DNA of 64,000 nt, taken from contig JBKBLE010000011.1 in assembly GCA_046296655.1 (NCBI GenBank), positions 290-64,289 of the forward strand. The letters are read 5' to 3'. The DNA comes from Cloacibacterium sp. Its GTDB lineage: Bacteria > Bacteroidota > Bacteroidia > Flavobacteriales > Weeksellaceae. A model generated the notes under the pieces. The model was not told the origin of the DNA and made no database searches. It saw nothing but the letters and a program-made list of their open reading frames with translations. The position numbers were made by a program, and so were the translations under genes. Position 1 is the first letter of the stretch, and every line of letters begins with the position of its first letter. Shown one piece after another: positions 10,468-20,983 of this stretch.

Positions 10468-10693
10468 TAGGGAATTTTGAAAATGTTCTTTATTTTGAAA
10501 ACAATTGACGCTCGCTTCGCTCGCGCCATTTTCTATAAAATTTAAAAAATGAAAATTGTAAATTAAATTTATAATCCACAGACATTCAGTCAGATAAAAT
10601 TGTAAAATCATTATACAAGTATTTTACTGTGTAAAACCTAATACTATTCGTAACATTGTTGCGTTATTATTCGACCAATCAAAAAATATTCCT

Positions 10694-11785
10694 ATGGAAA
10701 ATAAAACGCAAACTCCAGATAAAAATATTCCTACCAAAAACGGTATGTATCACCAGATGAACGGATTTCAGAAATTTCTGATGATGTGTTCTGGTTCTAA
10801 TCTTCATATTTTACAAAAATCGCCCAGCGAATGGAATAAATATGCAGGAATTGGTGGAATTGTACTTTTCACTGCTGTTTTTGCCACACTTTCAGCGAGT
10901 TATGCCATGTTTACAGTTTTCGAAGATGTTTGGATTTCGGCTGGATTTGGGATTTTATGGGGACTCATGATTTTTAATCTCGATAGATATATTGTCTCTT
11001 CCATTAAAAAAACGGGTAGTTTTTGGAATCAATTTTTCATGGCAGTTCCGCGTTTGATTTTGGCAACTTTTCTTGGAATTGTGATTTCAAAACCTTTGGA
11101 ATTGAAAATTTTTGAAAAAGAAGTCAATAAGCAGTTGAACACTATCATCCAAAGAAATAAAACGGAATTGCAGAAAACCATGAATGGTAGAATTTTGCAA
11201 CAATCTGGTCCTTTTGCAGAAGAAAAACAGAAAATTCAGAAACAAATTGCCACATATCAAGCTTCTTATGATTCTGCTGTGGTGGAATTAGAAAAAGAAA
11301 TTCTAGGAACAAAAACGGGATTAACTTCAGGAAAAGTAGGCTTCGGAACCAATGCTAAAAGAAAATCTGAATTGAAAGAACAACGCAGAAAAGATTTAGA
11401 AAATTATCAAAAACAAATGGAGCCGAGATTGAAATATTTGGATTCTCAAATTTCTGGAGTGTATCAAAATCTACAAACCGAACAGAGAAATTCTGAACAA
11501 GCAGAAAATAAATTTGATGGTTTTGCAGCGAGATTACAAGCTTTAGACGAACTTGGGAAAACCAATGAAATTATGGCTCTTGCGTCATTTTTCATTATGA
11601 TGATGTTTATTACACTAGAAATTTCGCCTGTTTTGGTGAAGCTAATTTCTTCAGTTGGGCCTTATGATTATCTTCTCGATAAAACCGAAAACGACTACCG
11701 ACTTTATTCTAAAGAAAAGATTGAAAAAGGAAATGCCGCTACAGATTTTAGAATAGAGAATTTTAAAAATAATCTGGGAAAATAA
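10694..11785 (+). CDS. DUF4407-like membrane/coiled-coil protein
   Basis: N-terminal TM helices with the FNLDRYIVSS motif, a long coiled coil and a C-terminal TM helix. Confidence 0.7.
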   Translation: MENKTQTPDKNIPTKNGMYHQMNGFQKFLMMCSGSNLHILQKSPSEWNKYAGIGGIVLFTAVFATLSASYAMFTVFEDVWISAGFGILWGLMIFNLDRYIVSSIKKTGSFWNQFFMAVPRLILATFLGIVISKPLELKIFEKEVNKQLNTIIQRNKTELQKTMNGRILQQSGPFAEEKQKIQKQIATYQASYDSAVVELEKEILGTKTGLTSGKVGFGTNAKRKSELKEQRRKDLENYQKQMEPRLKYLDSQISGVYQNLQTEQRNSEQAENKFDGFAARLQALDELGKTNEIMALASFFIMMMFITLEISPVLVKLISSVGPYDYLLDKTENDYRLYSKEKIEKGNAATDFRIENFKNNLGK

Positions 11786-11868
11786 AATTTCGAAAACCTG
11801 CGATAATTCAGCCACATAAAATTTCTGGAAGTTTTTTCAAGTGATAATTTTGCATCGTCAAATTATAT

Positions 11869-13104
11869 ATGAAAAGTGCTATGCAGAATTCGGGAAAAAG
11901 ATGGTTTATTGCCGTAATGGCGACCTTAGTACATCTGTGTTTAGGAACAGTTTACGCGTGGAGTTTTTTCCAGAAAACCGTCTCCGAAACTTTTGGCTGG
12001 AGCAATTCAGAAACAGCTTGGGCATTTAGTTTAGCCATTTTTATGTTGGGGGTAACTGCAAGTTGGGGTGGACAAAATTTACAGAAATTTGGGCCTAGAA
12101 AATTAGCGTTATTAGGAGCTTTTCTCTACGCTTTCGGTTATATTATTTCTTATTTCGCTTTACAAAACAAAAGTTTGTGGCTGCTGTATTTCGGGTATGG
12201 AATTGTGGGCGGAATTGGTTTAGGTTTGGCTTATGTAACGCCAGTTGCTACGGTTTCTAAATGGTTTCCAGACAAACAAGGTTTGGTTACTGGAATGGTG
12301 GTAATGGGATTTGGATTGGGCGCTTTACTCATGTCAAAACTTTTGGCTCCGATATTTTTAGAATATTTTGAAAAAGATTTAGCCAAAACTTTCCTTGCAA
12401 TTGGGATTACTCTTTTGGTTCTTCTTCCGTTTTTTGCCAATTTTTTGAACTTGCCAACAGAAGAAAAAGCTACAGAAATTTCAGCCGAAAAATTAAGTGC
12501 TGCCAAAGAGATTCTCTCTCCCAATTTTATTTTCATTTGGTTGATTTTCATGTTTAATGTAGTTGCAGGAATGATTTTTATATCGTTTCAATCACCTTTA
12601 TTACAAGACTTATTGAAAGCCGAAAACGTAAATATAGACACCGCAACGCTAGAAAAAAGTGGAGCTACATTAATTGCAATTAGTGCATTATTCAATGGTT
12701 TAGGAAGATTTTTCTGGGGAAGTATTTCAGATAAATTAGGAAGAGTAACCACTTTCAGATTATTACTTTTGATAGAAATGGGCGTTTTTGCTTCATTGAT
12801 TTTTATTAAATCACCCATTTTATTTTCTGTAGGAGTTTGTTTGATTTTACTTAATTATGGAGGAGGTTTCGGCGTTTTACCATCTTTAATCAAAGATTTT
12901 TTTGGAACAAAACTGATGCCGATAGTTTACGGAGCAGCACTTACAGCTTGGGGAGTTGGAGGAATTTTAGGTCCACAAATCACCGCTTACATGAAAGACC
13001 ATTTCGCCGAAAACGCAGGGTTATATGCTTATAAAGTAGCTTTGGTTTTAATAGCTTTGGGAATTGGGTTATCGTTTTTTGTGAAAAATAAAAAAGCTCA
13101 ATAA
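11869..13104 (+). CDS. MFS transporter, OFA (oxalate/formate antiporter-like) family
   Basis: About 12 TM helices. LGTVYAWS, KWFPDKQGL and GRFFWGSISDKLGR motifs. Confidence 0.9.
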   Translation: MKSAMQNSGKRWFIAVMATLVHLCLGTVYAWSFFQKTVSETFGWSNSETAWAFSLAIFMLGVTASWGGQNLQKFGPRKLALLGAFLYAFGYIISYFALQNKSLWLLYFGYGIVGGIGLGLAYVTPVATVSKWFPDKQGLVTGMVVMGFGLGALLMSKLLAPIFLEYFEKDLAKTFLAIGITLLVLLPFFANFLNLPTEEKATEISAEKLSAAKEILSPNFIFIWLIFMFNVVAGMIFISFQSPLLQDLLKAENVNIDTATLEKSGATLIAISALFNGLGRFFWGSISDKLGRVTTFRLLLLIEMGVFASLIFIKSPILFSVGVCLILLNYGGGFGVLPSLIKDFFGTKLMPIVYGAALTAWGVGGILGPQITAYMKDHFAENAGLYAYKVALVLIALGIGLSFFVKNKKAQ

Positions 13105-13116
13105 AAATTGAGCTTT
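13093..13116. terminator. Bidirectional hairpin between the convergent MFS and DoxX genes
   Basis: AAAGCTCAAT-AAAA-ATTGAGCTTT. Confidence 0.6.
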
Positions 13117-13122
13117 AGAATA

Positions 13123-13494
13123 TCAGTTCATCAATTGACTATATTTTTTTCTGTTTTCCCACAAAATCCAAAGTAAAATCACCGCGAAAACCAATCCTGG
13201 AACAATTCCGGCAGGATCATGGTAAAAATGATGCGCTAAAATTCCAATGATGATAGGCAATATTACTAATGCGCCAACTGCTCTAGTTTTTGGAAGTAAT
13301 ACTAAAAGTCCTCCTACAATTTCTGTAATCGCAACGAGAGGCATTAACCAACCAATTTTGCCAAAAGCATTGAACATTTCTAGTTGTTCTGGAGTTAGTT
13401 TTGGTGTTGGCATAAAGTTGAAAAATTTATTTGCCCCGAAAATAATCATTCCCACTCCGAAGAGAATGCATAAAATGTTGTAAACTGTTTTCAT
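13123..13494 (-). CDS. DoxX family membrane protein
   Basis: 4-TM pattern (GANKFFNFM...EIVGGLLVLLPKTR...HH). The likely start is the internal ATG at 13494. Confidence 0.8.
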   Translation of the reverse strand: MKTVYNILCILFGVGMIIFGANKFFNFMPTPKLTPEQLEMFNAFGKIGWLMPLVAITEIVGGLLVLLPKTRAVGALVILPIIIGILAHHFYHDPAGIVPGLVFAVILLWILWENRKKYSQLMN

Positions 13495-13524
13495 ATAATT
13501 TAATTTGATGTGAAATAAAGATAT

Positions 13525-13556
13525 AAAAAAATCTCTCAAAAATTTTTGAGAGATTT
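13525..13556 (-). terminator. Intrinsic terminator after guaB
   Basis: AAATCTCTCAAAA-A-TTTTGAGAGATTT with an A-run on the left (T-run on the minus strand). Confidence 0.75.
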
Positions 13557-13577
13557 CTATTTTAAAGTTTCTAAGAA

Positions 13578-15038
13578 TTATAGTGAATAATTCGGAGCTT
13601 CTTGCGTGATAATTACATCGTGAGGATGAGATTCCTTCAATCCAGAACCTGTAATCATTACCATTTTTCCTTCTTTTTGTAAAGTTTCGATGTCTTTAGT
13701 TCCGCAATAACCCATTCCAGCTCTGATTCCACCAGTCAATTGGAAGATAACGTCTTCTAATTTTCCTTTGTATGGAACTCGTCCTTCAATTCCTTCTGGA
13801 ACAAATTTTTTAGCTTCACTTTGGAAATATCTTTCTTTTCCACCACGTTTCATAGCAGAAAGACTTCCCATTCCTTGATAAGATTTGAATTTTCTACCTT
13901 GGAAAATAATTTCTTCACCTGGCGCTTCTTCCGTTCCTGCTAAAAGTGAACCGAGCATTACTGCGCCAGCTCCAGAAGCGATAGCTTTTACAATATCACC
14001 AGAAAGTTTAATTCCACCATCTGCAATTACGGCTACATTATATTCTTTAGCTTTTTCGTAAACGTTATAAATTGCCGAAAGTTGAGGAACGCCAACTCCA
14101 GCTACAACTCTGGTAGTACAGATAGAACCAGGACCTACTCCTACTTTTAGAACATTTGCGCCAGCTTTAATTAAAGCTTCGGCAGCATCTGCTGTTACGA
14201 TGTTTCCGCCTACAATATCTAAATCTGGGAAAGCATTTCTAATTTCTGTAATTTTATCAAGAACACCTTTAGAATGACCATGCGCAGAATCTACTGCTAT
14301 AATATCTACACCAGCTTCTACTAATGCTGCAACTCTAGTCATCGTATCATCTCCTACACCAACTCCAGCTCCTACGATTAATCTTCCGTTTTGGTCTTTA
14401 TTGGCTTGAGGATATTCTAACTGATTGTCTATATCTTTTATGGTAATTAATCCTACTAAATGATTTTCTGAATCTACAATCGGAAGTTTTTCTATTCTGT
14501 TTTTAAGCAAAATCTCTTTGGCTTGCTCTAAGTTGGTAGATTTATCAGAAGTGATAAGATTTTCTTTGGTCATCAATTCTTCTACTTTTGCAGAAAGATT
14601 TTCTTGATATTTTACATCACGATTGGTGATGATTCCAATTAATTTATTGTCTGTATCTACTACTGGAAGTCCAGAGATTTTATATTTCGCCATAAGTTCC
14701 TTAGCTTCAGCTAAAGTATGATCTTTAGAAAGCGTAATAGGATCAGCGATCATTCCGTTTTCTGAACGTTTTACACGGTTTACTTGTGCTGCTTGTTCTG
14801 GAATAGGCATATTTTTATGAATAAAACCTAAACCTCCAACTCTGGCAATAGCAATCGCCAAATCTGCTTCTGTAACGGTGTCCATCGCTGCGGAAACGAT
14901 AGGAACATTAAGCGTGATTTTGTCTGAAATTCTAGATTTAAGAGAAACTTGATTGGGTAAAACTTCTGAGTAAGAAGGGATAAGAAGCACATCATCGAAA
15001 GTGATGGCGGTTTCTACGATTTTGTTGTGAATAGACAT
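13578..15038 (-). CDS. guaB: IMP dehydrogenase
   Basis: [13 protein letters not shown] pair, catalytic loop GPGSICTTR and YQGMGS. Confidence 0.99.
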   Translation of the reverse strand: MSIHNKIVETAITFDDVLLIPSYSEVLPNQVSLKSRISDKITLNVPIVSAAMDTVTEADLAIAIARVGGLGFIHKNMPIPEQAAQVNRVKRSENGMIADPITLSKDHTLAEAKELMAKYKISGLPVVDTDNKLIGIITNRDVKYQENLSAKVEELMTKENLITSDKSTNLEQAKEILLKNRIEKLPIVDSENHLVGLITIKDIDNQLEYPQANKDQNGRLIVGAGVGVGDDTMTRVAALVEAGVDIIAVDSAHGHSKGVLDKITEIRNAFPDLDIVGGNIVTADAAEALIKAGANVLKVGVGPGSICTTRVVAGVGVPQLSAIYNVYEKAKEYNVAVIADGGIKLSGDIVKAIASGAGAVMLGSLLAGTEEAPGEEIIFQGRKFKSYQGMGSLSAMKRGGKERYFQSEAKKFVPEGIEGRVPYKGKLEDVIFQLTGGIRAGMGYCGTKDIETLQKEGKMVMITGSGLKESHPHDVIITQEAPNYSL

Positions 15039-15099
15039 CTTTACTTTCTTTGCAAAATTAAACGTTTTTTTTTAATCATGAAAATTAAATTTTCTTAAT

Positions 15100-15129
15100 A
15101 AAAAATCTTCCTAAGTTTTAGGAAGATTT
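15100..15129 (-). terminator. Intrinsic terminator after the T9SS cargo gene
   Basis: AAATCTTCCTAA-GTT-TTAGGAAGATTT. Confidence 0.7.
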
Positions 15130-15138
15130 GTATAGTAT

Positions 15139-18100
15139 TTAGTTTCGGTTTTTTACAATAATCCAGTTTTTATAAGTAACCTTAGTGTTGGTATCAGGCT
15201 CCGTCCATTCTAAAACATACCAATATGAACCACTAGGAAGTTGTCTTCCGTTTTCTGTTCCATTCCAAATGTAATTGGATTGTTTTTCGCTAGAATATAC
15301 TTTTTTACCAAATCTATCAAAAATAGAAATTTTCACATCTTTTTTCACTCGTAAATCTGAGTAATCTAGGACGTCATTTAATCCATCACCATTTGGAGTA
15401 ATGGCATTGATAAGATTAATAATGGAAAATTCATATTCTATAGGAGTACAAATATTAGCGTCTCGTACATAGACTTTTTGTACGCCACGTCTTAAATTAT
15501 CAAAGAAATTGGATTTTTGCCAATTGATTTGGTCTAAAGAATATTCATAAGGCGCAGTTCCACCCGAAACATTTACGGTAATGCTGTTTCCTTGTTCTAT
15601 CACGCTGTCAATTACAGGGTCTACTGCTTCTGAAATCGTAAAATATTGCTTGTAAACACAACCATTTGTAGAAGTAAGTTCTACAGAATGCGTTCCTGCT
15701 CCATAAGTAGTGGTTTGTAATGTAGCACCTTCGGTTCCATTGCTCCACTTGTAATAGGTGAAACCAGTACCAGCGTCTACAACAGTAGTTGTATTCTTAC
15801 AAATTGTTTTATTTTGAAGAGTAGTCGAAGCTTTTGGTATTTTAATATTTACGGTAATTTTCGCCCAATTCGGACAAGAATTTGCTTTTTCGAATCTTAA
15901 GAAATAAGTTCCCGTTGAAGTAATATTTTGTGTGCTCGAAATAGGATTGATATTATTTTTCGCATCATTTTCAGAGTTGAAATAAGTGATGGAAACGCTA
16001 TTGTCTGTGGTAAAGAAAGACTCAAATGTTTTAAGATTCACAGATTTTATGGCGTCTAAATCATCATCACAAACCTCTTGAGAAAGAGTAGAAGTCAATA
16101 AAGTTAATCTATTCCCAAATTTAAAATCTAGAGGATAAATCTGAGCAGGACAATAATCAGATTCTACCCTTACAAAAATAGTGGTGTCTGTAGAAAATGA
16201 CCAAGAATTGTTTAAAACATTCGCGTTTCCAGTATTTGCATCGGTAATATTTGTGTAATATTTAACTCGATAGATTCCAGGATTGACAAGAATTGCAGAA
16301 GTGACATTGTTGAGATTTACTTCGATGGTTCCGTCTAAATTTTGGTCACAAATGGTAGTATTGAATTTAGAAATATCTACAATTGCTTTGGGAGATTCTA
16401 CAACTTTTACATTTTGAGTAAAAGTACACGAATTTGGAGAAGTCAGAAGTACAGAATAATCTCCTTTTCCTACAGTAATGGTTTGAGTTGTGGCTCCATT
16501 GCTCCATAGATAAGAAGAGAAACCAGTTCCTGCATCTAAAATTGTAGTACTTCCTTCGCAGACGGTAACTTGTGCTGGAAGTGTAGTAGATGTCTTGGGT
16601 TGCCCGAAATTAAGCGTAAGAGCAGCGATGTTATCACAAATTCCAGATTTTTTGATTCTTACATAGAAAGTAGTAGTTGAGGTTAAGTTCTGTGAAGAAG
16701 CAATAGGATTCTGTTCTAAATCTGCATCATTTTTGGTGAAATAAAATTGATGAGTATAACCTGTTTCTGAGGTAAGTTGAGGCAAATAAGTATCTAGATT
16801 TACGGCTTCTGTATTGTTAAAATCTCCATCACAAATTTGAGAAGTAGCGTCTGTAACCGAAAGTTTGTTTCCAATTTTAAAATCCAAAAAGCCAGTTGCG
16901 TTGGTACAACCATTTCTAGAAGCTACTAAAATGTAAACTCGGGTTGGTGTAGTATAAGTCCAATTTTTTGGTAACGCAGGGAAATTAAATCCAGGGTTGT
17001 CAAAATAATAAATGTCAAAATCTGCTGAATTATTTACAATGGTTTTAGAAATTTCATCAAAATCAGGTTCGTAAAGTCCGTCAAAATCAGTATCGCATAA
17101 AGTAGAATCAAATTTTAGCGTATCAATATTTGGAATAGGATAAAAATTCAAATTTATCTCTGCCATTTCTGTACAACCATAGCGGTTTGTCACTTTTGCA
17201 TAAATTGTTTTTGGGATAGAGTTATAGCTGGTGAAATTGGCAATAGGATTAGAGAACGTTTTCGTTGCGGCATCATAATTTTCAAAATATTCTACCGTAA
17301 TGTTGGTATCATTAGAAACTTTGGCTTGTGTAAGGTCAAAATCCCCTGTTTTATCGGGTTTAATACAAGCAAGCGCTTCACCAGTGATGGTTTTTAATCT
17401 ATTGACAATAATATTCACAGTTACAAATTCTGTATCTGGATAATTAGGGTCTGTGCCAGAAAAAGAATAGGTAAAAGTATCTGAAACTACAGTTGTATCC
17501 GTTAAAGTATAAGTTATTTCGCCTGTAGTAGCATCTATAGTAGCAGTTCCATAAGATGGAGCTTTTGTAATTTCTATAGAGCTAATATCTATAGTTTGGG
17601 TAGATGTAGAAAATTTAGGAGTGATTTTATAGGTAGGAGCACAGTCGCTTACTTCTATCGCTAATGTTGTTTTAAAAGGACATCTTTGAAATTTAAAAAT
17701 AGGAGAGTCTAGGCTTCCACAACTGGCTTTGGTAATTTTCACGTAGTAATCTCCACTTTCTGTTGGGGTGATGATGTAGGTGTTTGCTCCTGGTCCTGTA
17801 TAAGGATTACCGTTGTAATACCATTGATACCCATCATAAGTATTATCTACTTCGAGTGTTACATTTCCTTTTTCGCAATCGCCTCCTTTGGAAATAATGG
17901 GAACGGAATTGAATCCTGCGAAATAACCACCGTAACCTACTGCACCATTACCAGCAGCAATTCCCGCAGTAACAGATCTAGTAGATTTTATAGTAACATT
18001 TCCCGAAACATTGGGAACTACATATGTTTCCCAAGAAGAGTTTCCACTTAACGCAAATGGTCCAAAGCTGGAGTTAATTGGAATTGGAGTTTCGTTGATA

Positions 18101-19314
18101 GAAACAGTTGCTCCTTTTTCGGTAATAATATTGAGTTTTGTGTTATAATAATTTTCAAAATAAGAGCGATATGGCATTTCACTTACAAAACCTATTTCAT
18201 CTATACTACTCGGAAGATAACAGCTAAGTGCTGGAATAAAATTAAAACCGCCCGTTGCAAATTCTGGAGTTCCATCGGCTCCATCAGTTCCTGCTAAAAA
18301 CTGATATACATAAATGGGTTTGGTAGATTTAATATACAAGTTATAAATGTTGCCACTAGGATTATAAAAATTTCCTCTTATGAAATAAAATTGTCCTTTG
18401 CTAAGAGTAGTAATAGGTGTATTAGCTCCATTTACGTAAACTTCAGTGTTGTCTTCAGTGGCAATAACAAGAGATTTTTCTGTGTAACCATTGGTTAATC
18501 CATTTGCAGTTCCGTTACCTTTTAGCACTACATATTCTGTCCCTAATCTGTCTGTAGGTGCAGATTGGTCCATTAAAATATCATAATTCGCTTTATTTTC
18601 TGCAAGGCTAAGGAAATTTCCATTGGTCACCGAAACTGGCTTGTCAGCGGATAAGTTTGCACCAATAAGACCATCTAAATTGGCAGTTGCATCAGAAACA
18701 CGAGTTTCAAAAATATAAGATTCACCTTTATTAAGAATGATGGTTTTTTCATCATCAGTAGTTCCGTCTGAAAAGATAATATCTTTATTGTAACCACTAA
18801 GTTTTATCGTAGTATTGTTTTCTGTAGCGATTACACTCGCTATAGCGTTTAAAAGATTTCTATTAGCTATTCTAGTAGGAAGATATTGTTCTCCCATTCC
18901 TATATAGAAGTTTTTTCCTAATGCAGATTTTCCTTTAGAAGTTAGAATTTCTGCATGATTAGATACAGAGAATCTTAAATTGGCAAAGAATTTTTTTTCT
19001 CCTACTAGATGTAAGCCTAAGGTAGCTTTTGCATTGATTTCTGTATTATTACTCGTGATAATATATTCTCTGGGAATGTAAAATTTCTGAGGACTTCCTT
19101 TGCTTAGATTGTTGATGGTTCCTATGATGACATTATTGTTATAGATATCTACTTTAAAAGGAGTAGATTCATTAGTCGAGACATAAATATATTGTTGAGC
19201 TTCTGAACCATTAGAAGCATCAGCCATTGGTGCAAACCAATGTTCTGTATCGAATTGTGCATTAATATTTGTAAATAATGATAATAAAAATAAAATTGTG
19301 AATAATCTTTTCAT
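15139..19314 (-). CDS. Large T9SS-secreted surface protein (type B / gliding-motility-associated CTD) with IgGFc-binding-like N-terminal domain
   Basis: Sec signal (…NINA|Q). C-terminus NAITPNGDGLNDVL...IFDRFGKKVY...WNG...LPSGSYWYVL. Repeated Cys/Asp Ig-like modules. Confidence 0.85.
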   Translation of the reverse strand: MKRLFTILFLLSLFTNINAQFDTEHWFAPMADASNGSEAQQYIYVSTNESTPFKVDIYNNNVIIGTINNLSKGSPQKFYIPREYIITSNNTEINAKATLGLHLVGEKKFFANLRFSVSNHAEILTSKGKSALGKNFYIGMGEQYLPTRIANRNLLNAIASVIATENNTTIKLSGYNKDIIFSDGTTDDEKTIILNKGESYIFETRVSDATANLDGLIGANLSADKPVSVTNGNFLSLAENKANYDILMDQSAPTDRLGTEYVVLKGNGTANGLTNGYTEKSLVIATEDNTEVYVNGANTPITTLSKGQFYFIRGNFYNPSGNIYNLYIKSTKPIYVYQFLAGTDGADGTPEFATGGFNFIPALSCYLPSSIDEIGFVSEMPYRSYFENYYNTKLNIITEKGATVSINETPIPINSSFGPFALSGNSSWETYVVPNVSGNVTIKSTRSVTAGIAAGNGAVGYGGYFAGFNSVPIISKGGDCEKGNVTLEVDNTYDGYQWYYNGNPYTGPGANTYIITPTESGDYYVKITKASCGSLDSPIFKFQRCPFKTTLAIEVSDCAPTYKITPKFSTSTQTIDISSIEITKAPSYGTATIDATTGEITYTLTDTTVVSDTFTYSFSGTDPNYPDTEFVTVNIIVNRLKTITGEALACIKPDKTGDFDLTQAKVSNDTNITVEYFENYDAATKTFSNPIANFTSYNSIPKTIYAKVTNRYGCTEMAEINLNFYPIPNIDTLKFDSTLCDTDFDGLYEPDFDEISKTIVNNSADFDIYYFDNPGFNFPALPKNWTYTTPTRVYILVASRNGCTNATGFLDFKIGNKLSVTDATSQICDGDFNNTEAVNLDTYLPQLTSETGYTHQFYFTKNDADLEQNPIASSQNLTSTTTFYVRIKKSGICDNIAALTLNFGQPKTSTTLPAQVTVCEGSTTILDAGTGFSSYLWSNGATTQTITVGKGDYSVLLTSPNSCTFTQNVKVVESPKAIVDISKFNTTICDQNLDGTIEVNLNNVTSAILVNPGIYRVKYYTNITDANTGNANVLNNSWSFSTDTTIFVRVESDYCPAQIYPLDFKFGNRLTLLTSTLSQEVCDDDLDAIKSVNLKTFESFFTTDNSVSITYFNSENDAKNNINPISSTQNITSTGTYFLRFEKANSCPNWAKITVNIKIPKASTTLQNKTICKNTTTVVDAGTGFTYYKWSNGTEGATLQTTTYGAGTHSVELTSTNGCVYKQYFTISEAVDPVIDSVIEQGNSITVNVSGGTAPYEYSLDQINWQKSNFFDNLRRGVQKVYVRDANICTPIEYEFSIINLINAITPNGDGLNDVLDYSDLRVKKDVKISIFDRFGKKVYSSEKQSNYIWNGTENGRQLPSGSYWYVLEWTEPDTNTKVTYKNWIIVKNRN

Positions 19315-19365
19315 TTTTTAAAAATAGTGGACAGCAAATTTACTTTATTATTATCAATAATGCAT

Positions 19366-19401
19366 AAAAAAACTCTGTAAGAATTTCTTACAGAGTTTTT
19401 T
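19366..19401 (-). terminator. Intrinsic terminator after tsf
   Basis: AAAAAAACTCTGTAAGAA-T-TTCTTACAGAGTTTTTT. Confidence 0.85.
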
Positions 19402-19425
19402 ATGGGTTAAGTATTTAAAAAAGAA

Positions 19426-20250
19426 TTAAGAAAGAGCAACTCTCTTGAATCCTGTTACTTTTAAATCTCCGTTTACAGATTTTACGAAATCAGCTACAGA
19501 CATACCTCCATCTTTAATGAAAGCTTGGTGTACTAAAGTGTTTTCTTTGTAGAATTTCTGCATTTTTCCTTTAAGGATATTGTCAATAATATTTGCAGGT
19601 TTTCCTTCTTTAGTTAAGATTTCTCTTTCGATTTCTAATTCTTTGTCAATAACTTCTTGAGAAACTTGAGTTTCGTCTAAAGCGATTGGGTTCATAGCAG
19701 CTACTTGCATAGCTACAGATTTAGCAGCATCTTCTGCACCTTCTACATTAGCAGAAAGAGAAGTAAGAGTAGCGATTTTATTACCAGCGTGGATGTAAGA
19801 ACCTACAAAAGCACCATCAAGTCTTTCGAAAGCACCGATTTCAATTTTCTCGCCGATTACTCCTGTTTGTTCAATTAATTTTTCAGCAACTGAAATACCA
19901 TTATAGTCAGAAGCTAAGAAATCTTCTTTAGAGTCAAAATTAAGCGCTCTTTCAGCGAAATCATGAGCTAATTTTACGAAGCTTTCGTTTTTAGCAACGA
20001 AGTCAGTTTCGCAGTTTAATGCGATTATAACACCTGCAGTGTGGTCAGCATTTACTTTAGCAATTACAGCTCCTTCTGTAGATTCTCTATCTGCTCTGTT
20101 AGCAGCTACTTTTTGTCCTTTTTTTCTAAGGATTTCAATAGCTTTTTCGAAATCTCCTTCAGCTTCTGTAAGCGCTTTTTTGCAGTCCATCATACCTGCA
20201 CCTGTTGTGTTTCTAAGTTTAGCTACGTCTGCAGCAACTGGTGTATACAT
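19426..20250 (-). CDS. tsf: Elongation factor Ts
   Basis: LRNTTGAGMMDCKKAL, LNCETDFVAKN and MQVAAMNP. Own -7 box (CAAAGATA on plus, 20295-20302). Confidence 0.99.
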   Translation of the reverse strand: MYTPVAADVAKLRNTTGAGMMDCKKALTEAEGDFEKAIEILRKKGQKVAANRADRESTEGAVIAKVNADHTAGVIIALNCETDFVAKNESFVKLAHDFAERALNFDSKEDFLASDYNGISVAEKLIEQTGVIGEKIEIGAFERLDGAFVGSYIHAGNKIATLTSLSANVEGAEDAAKSVAMQVAAMNPIALDETQVSQEVIDKELEIEREILTKEGKPANIIDNILKGKMQKFYKENTLVHQAFIKDGGMSVADFVKSVNGDLKVTGFKRVALS

Positions 20251-20372
20251 AATTGAAATTTTTTGTTTATTATTGTGGTATAAATTTTGAGTTGCAAAGA
20301 TATGAAATTTCGTGTAAACTAAAAATAGGGTTTTTGCGTTATATTTCTAAAAATAATTGATAATAAACTGAA

Positions 20373-20948
20373 ATGAAAAACAAACTTTTACTTCTTATTT
20401 TGCTGGTCTTTTCCACCTTTTCGTTTTCGCAAACTTCTCAGGAATTAGACAAAGCAATGCTGAGTAAAGACCCTAATGTGATTGCAGAATTTATTAAAAA
20501 GTATCCTAATAATAAAAACACTCCTTTTCTTCAAAGAAAGCTAAACAGTATGACTGGGAGTGGAAATGCAGCCGCTAAACCGAGTATACAACCGTTGAAT
20601 ACCGAGAAATTAGAAAAACAGGTAGAAAAAAGTGAGGCAAAAGGAGAACCAGATGCTAAAGCAAAACGTACTGCCGAAGTTCTTACGCATTTATTTAATA
20701 ATGACCCCAATAAAAAAGATGCTTACGTTTTGATTAGAAATAAATCTGAATGTAACCTCATTGTAAAATTCGAAGGAAAAAAATTCTATAATCTAGATGT
20801 TCCTAAAATGGGTGAGAATTATATTCTGGTGCAGAAAGGAACGTACAGAATTACCACGATGATTTGTAATGCGCAATACGCATCGGTTAAAAATATAACA
20901 CAAGATTTAGAAATCAACTTGAATGCAGCAAAAAAAGTCAGAAAATAA
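20373..20948 (+). CDS. Secreted hypothetical protein (DUF6759-like)
   Basis: Sec signal (…FSFS|Q) and a beta-rich C-terminal domain. Followed by a terminator at 20931-20962. Confidence 0.6.
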   Translation: MKNKLLLLILLVFSTFSFSQTSQELDKAMLSKDPNVIAEFIKKYPNNKNTPFLQRKLNSMTGSGNAAAKPSIQPLNTEKLEKQVEKSEAKGEPDAKAKRTAEVLTHLFNNDPNKKDAYVLIRNKSECNLIVKFEGKKFYNLDVPKMGENYILVQKGTYRITTMICNAQYASVKNITQDLEINLNAAKKVRK

Positions 20949-20962
20949 TTTCTGACTTTTTT
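20931..20962. terminator. Bidirectional terminator between the secreted-protein gene and accA
   Basis: AAAAAAGTCAGAAA-ATAA-TTTCTGACTTTTTT. Confidence 0.75.
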
Positions 20963-20983
20963 ATTTCAATATTTTTAGAAAAA

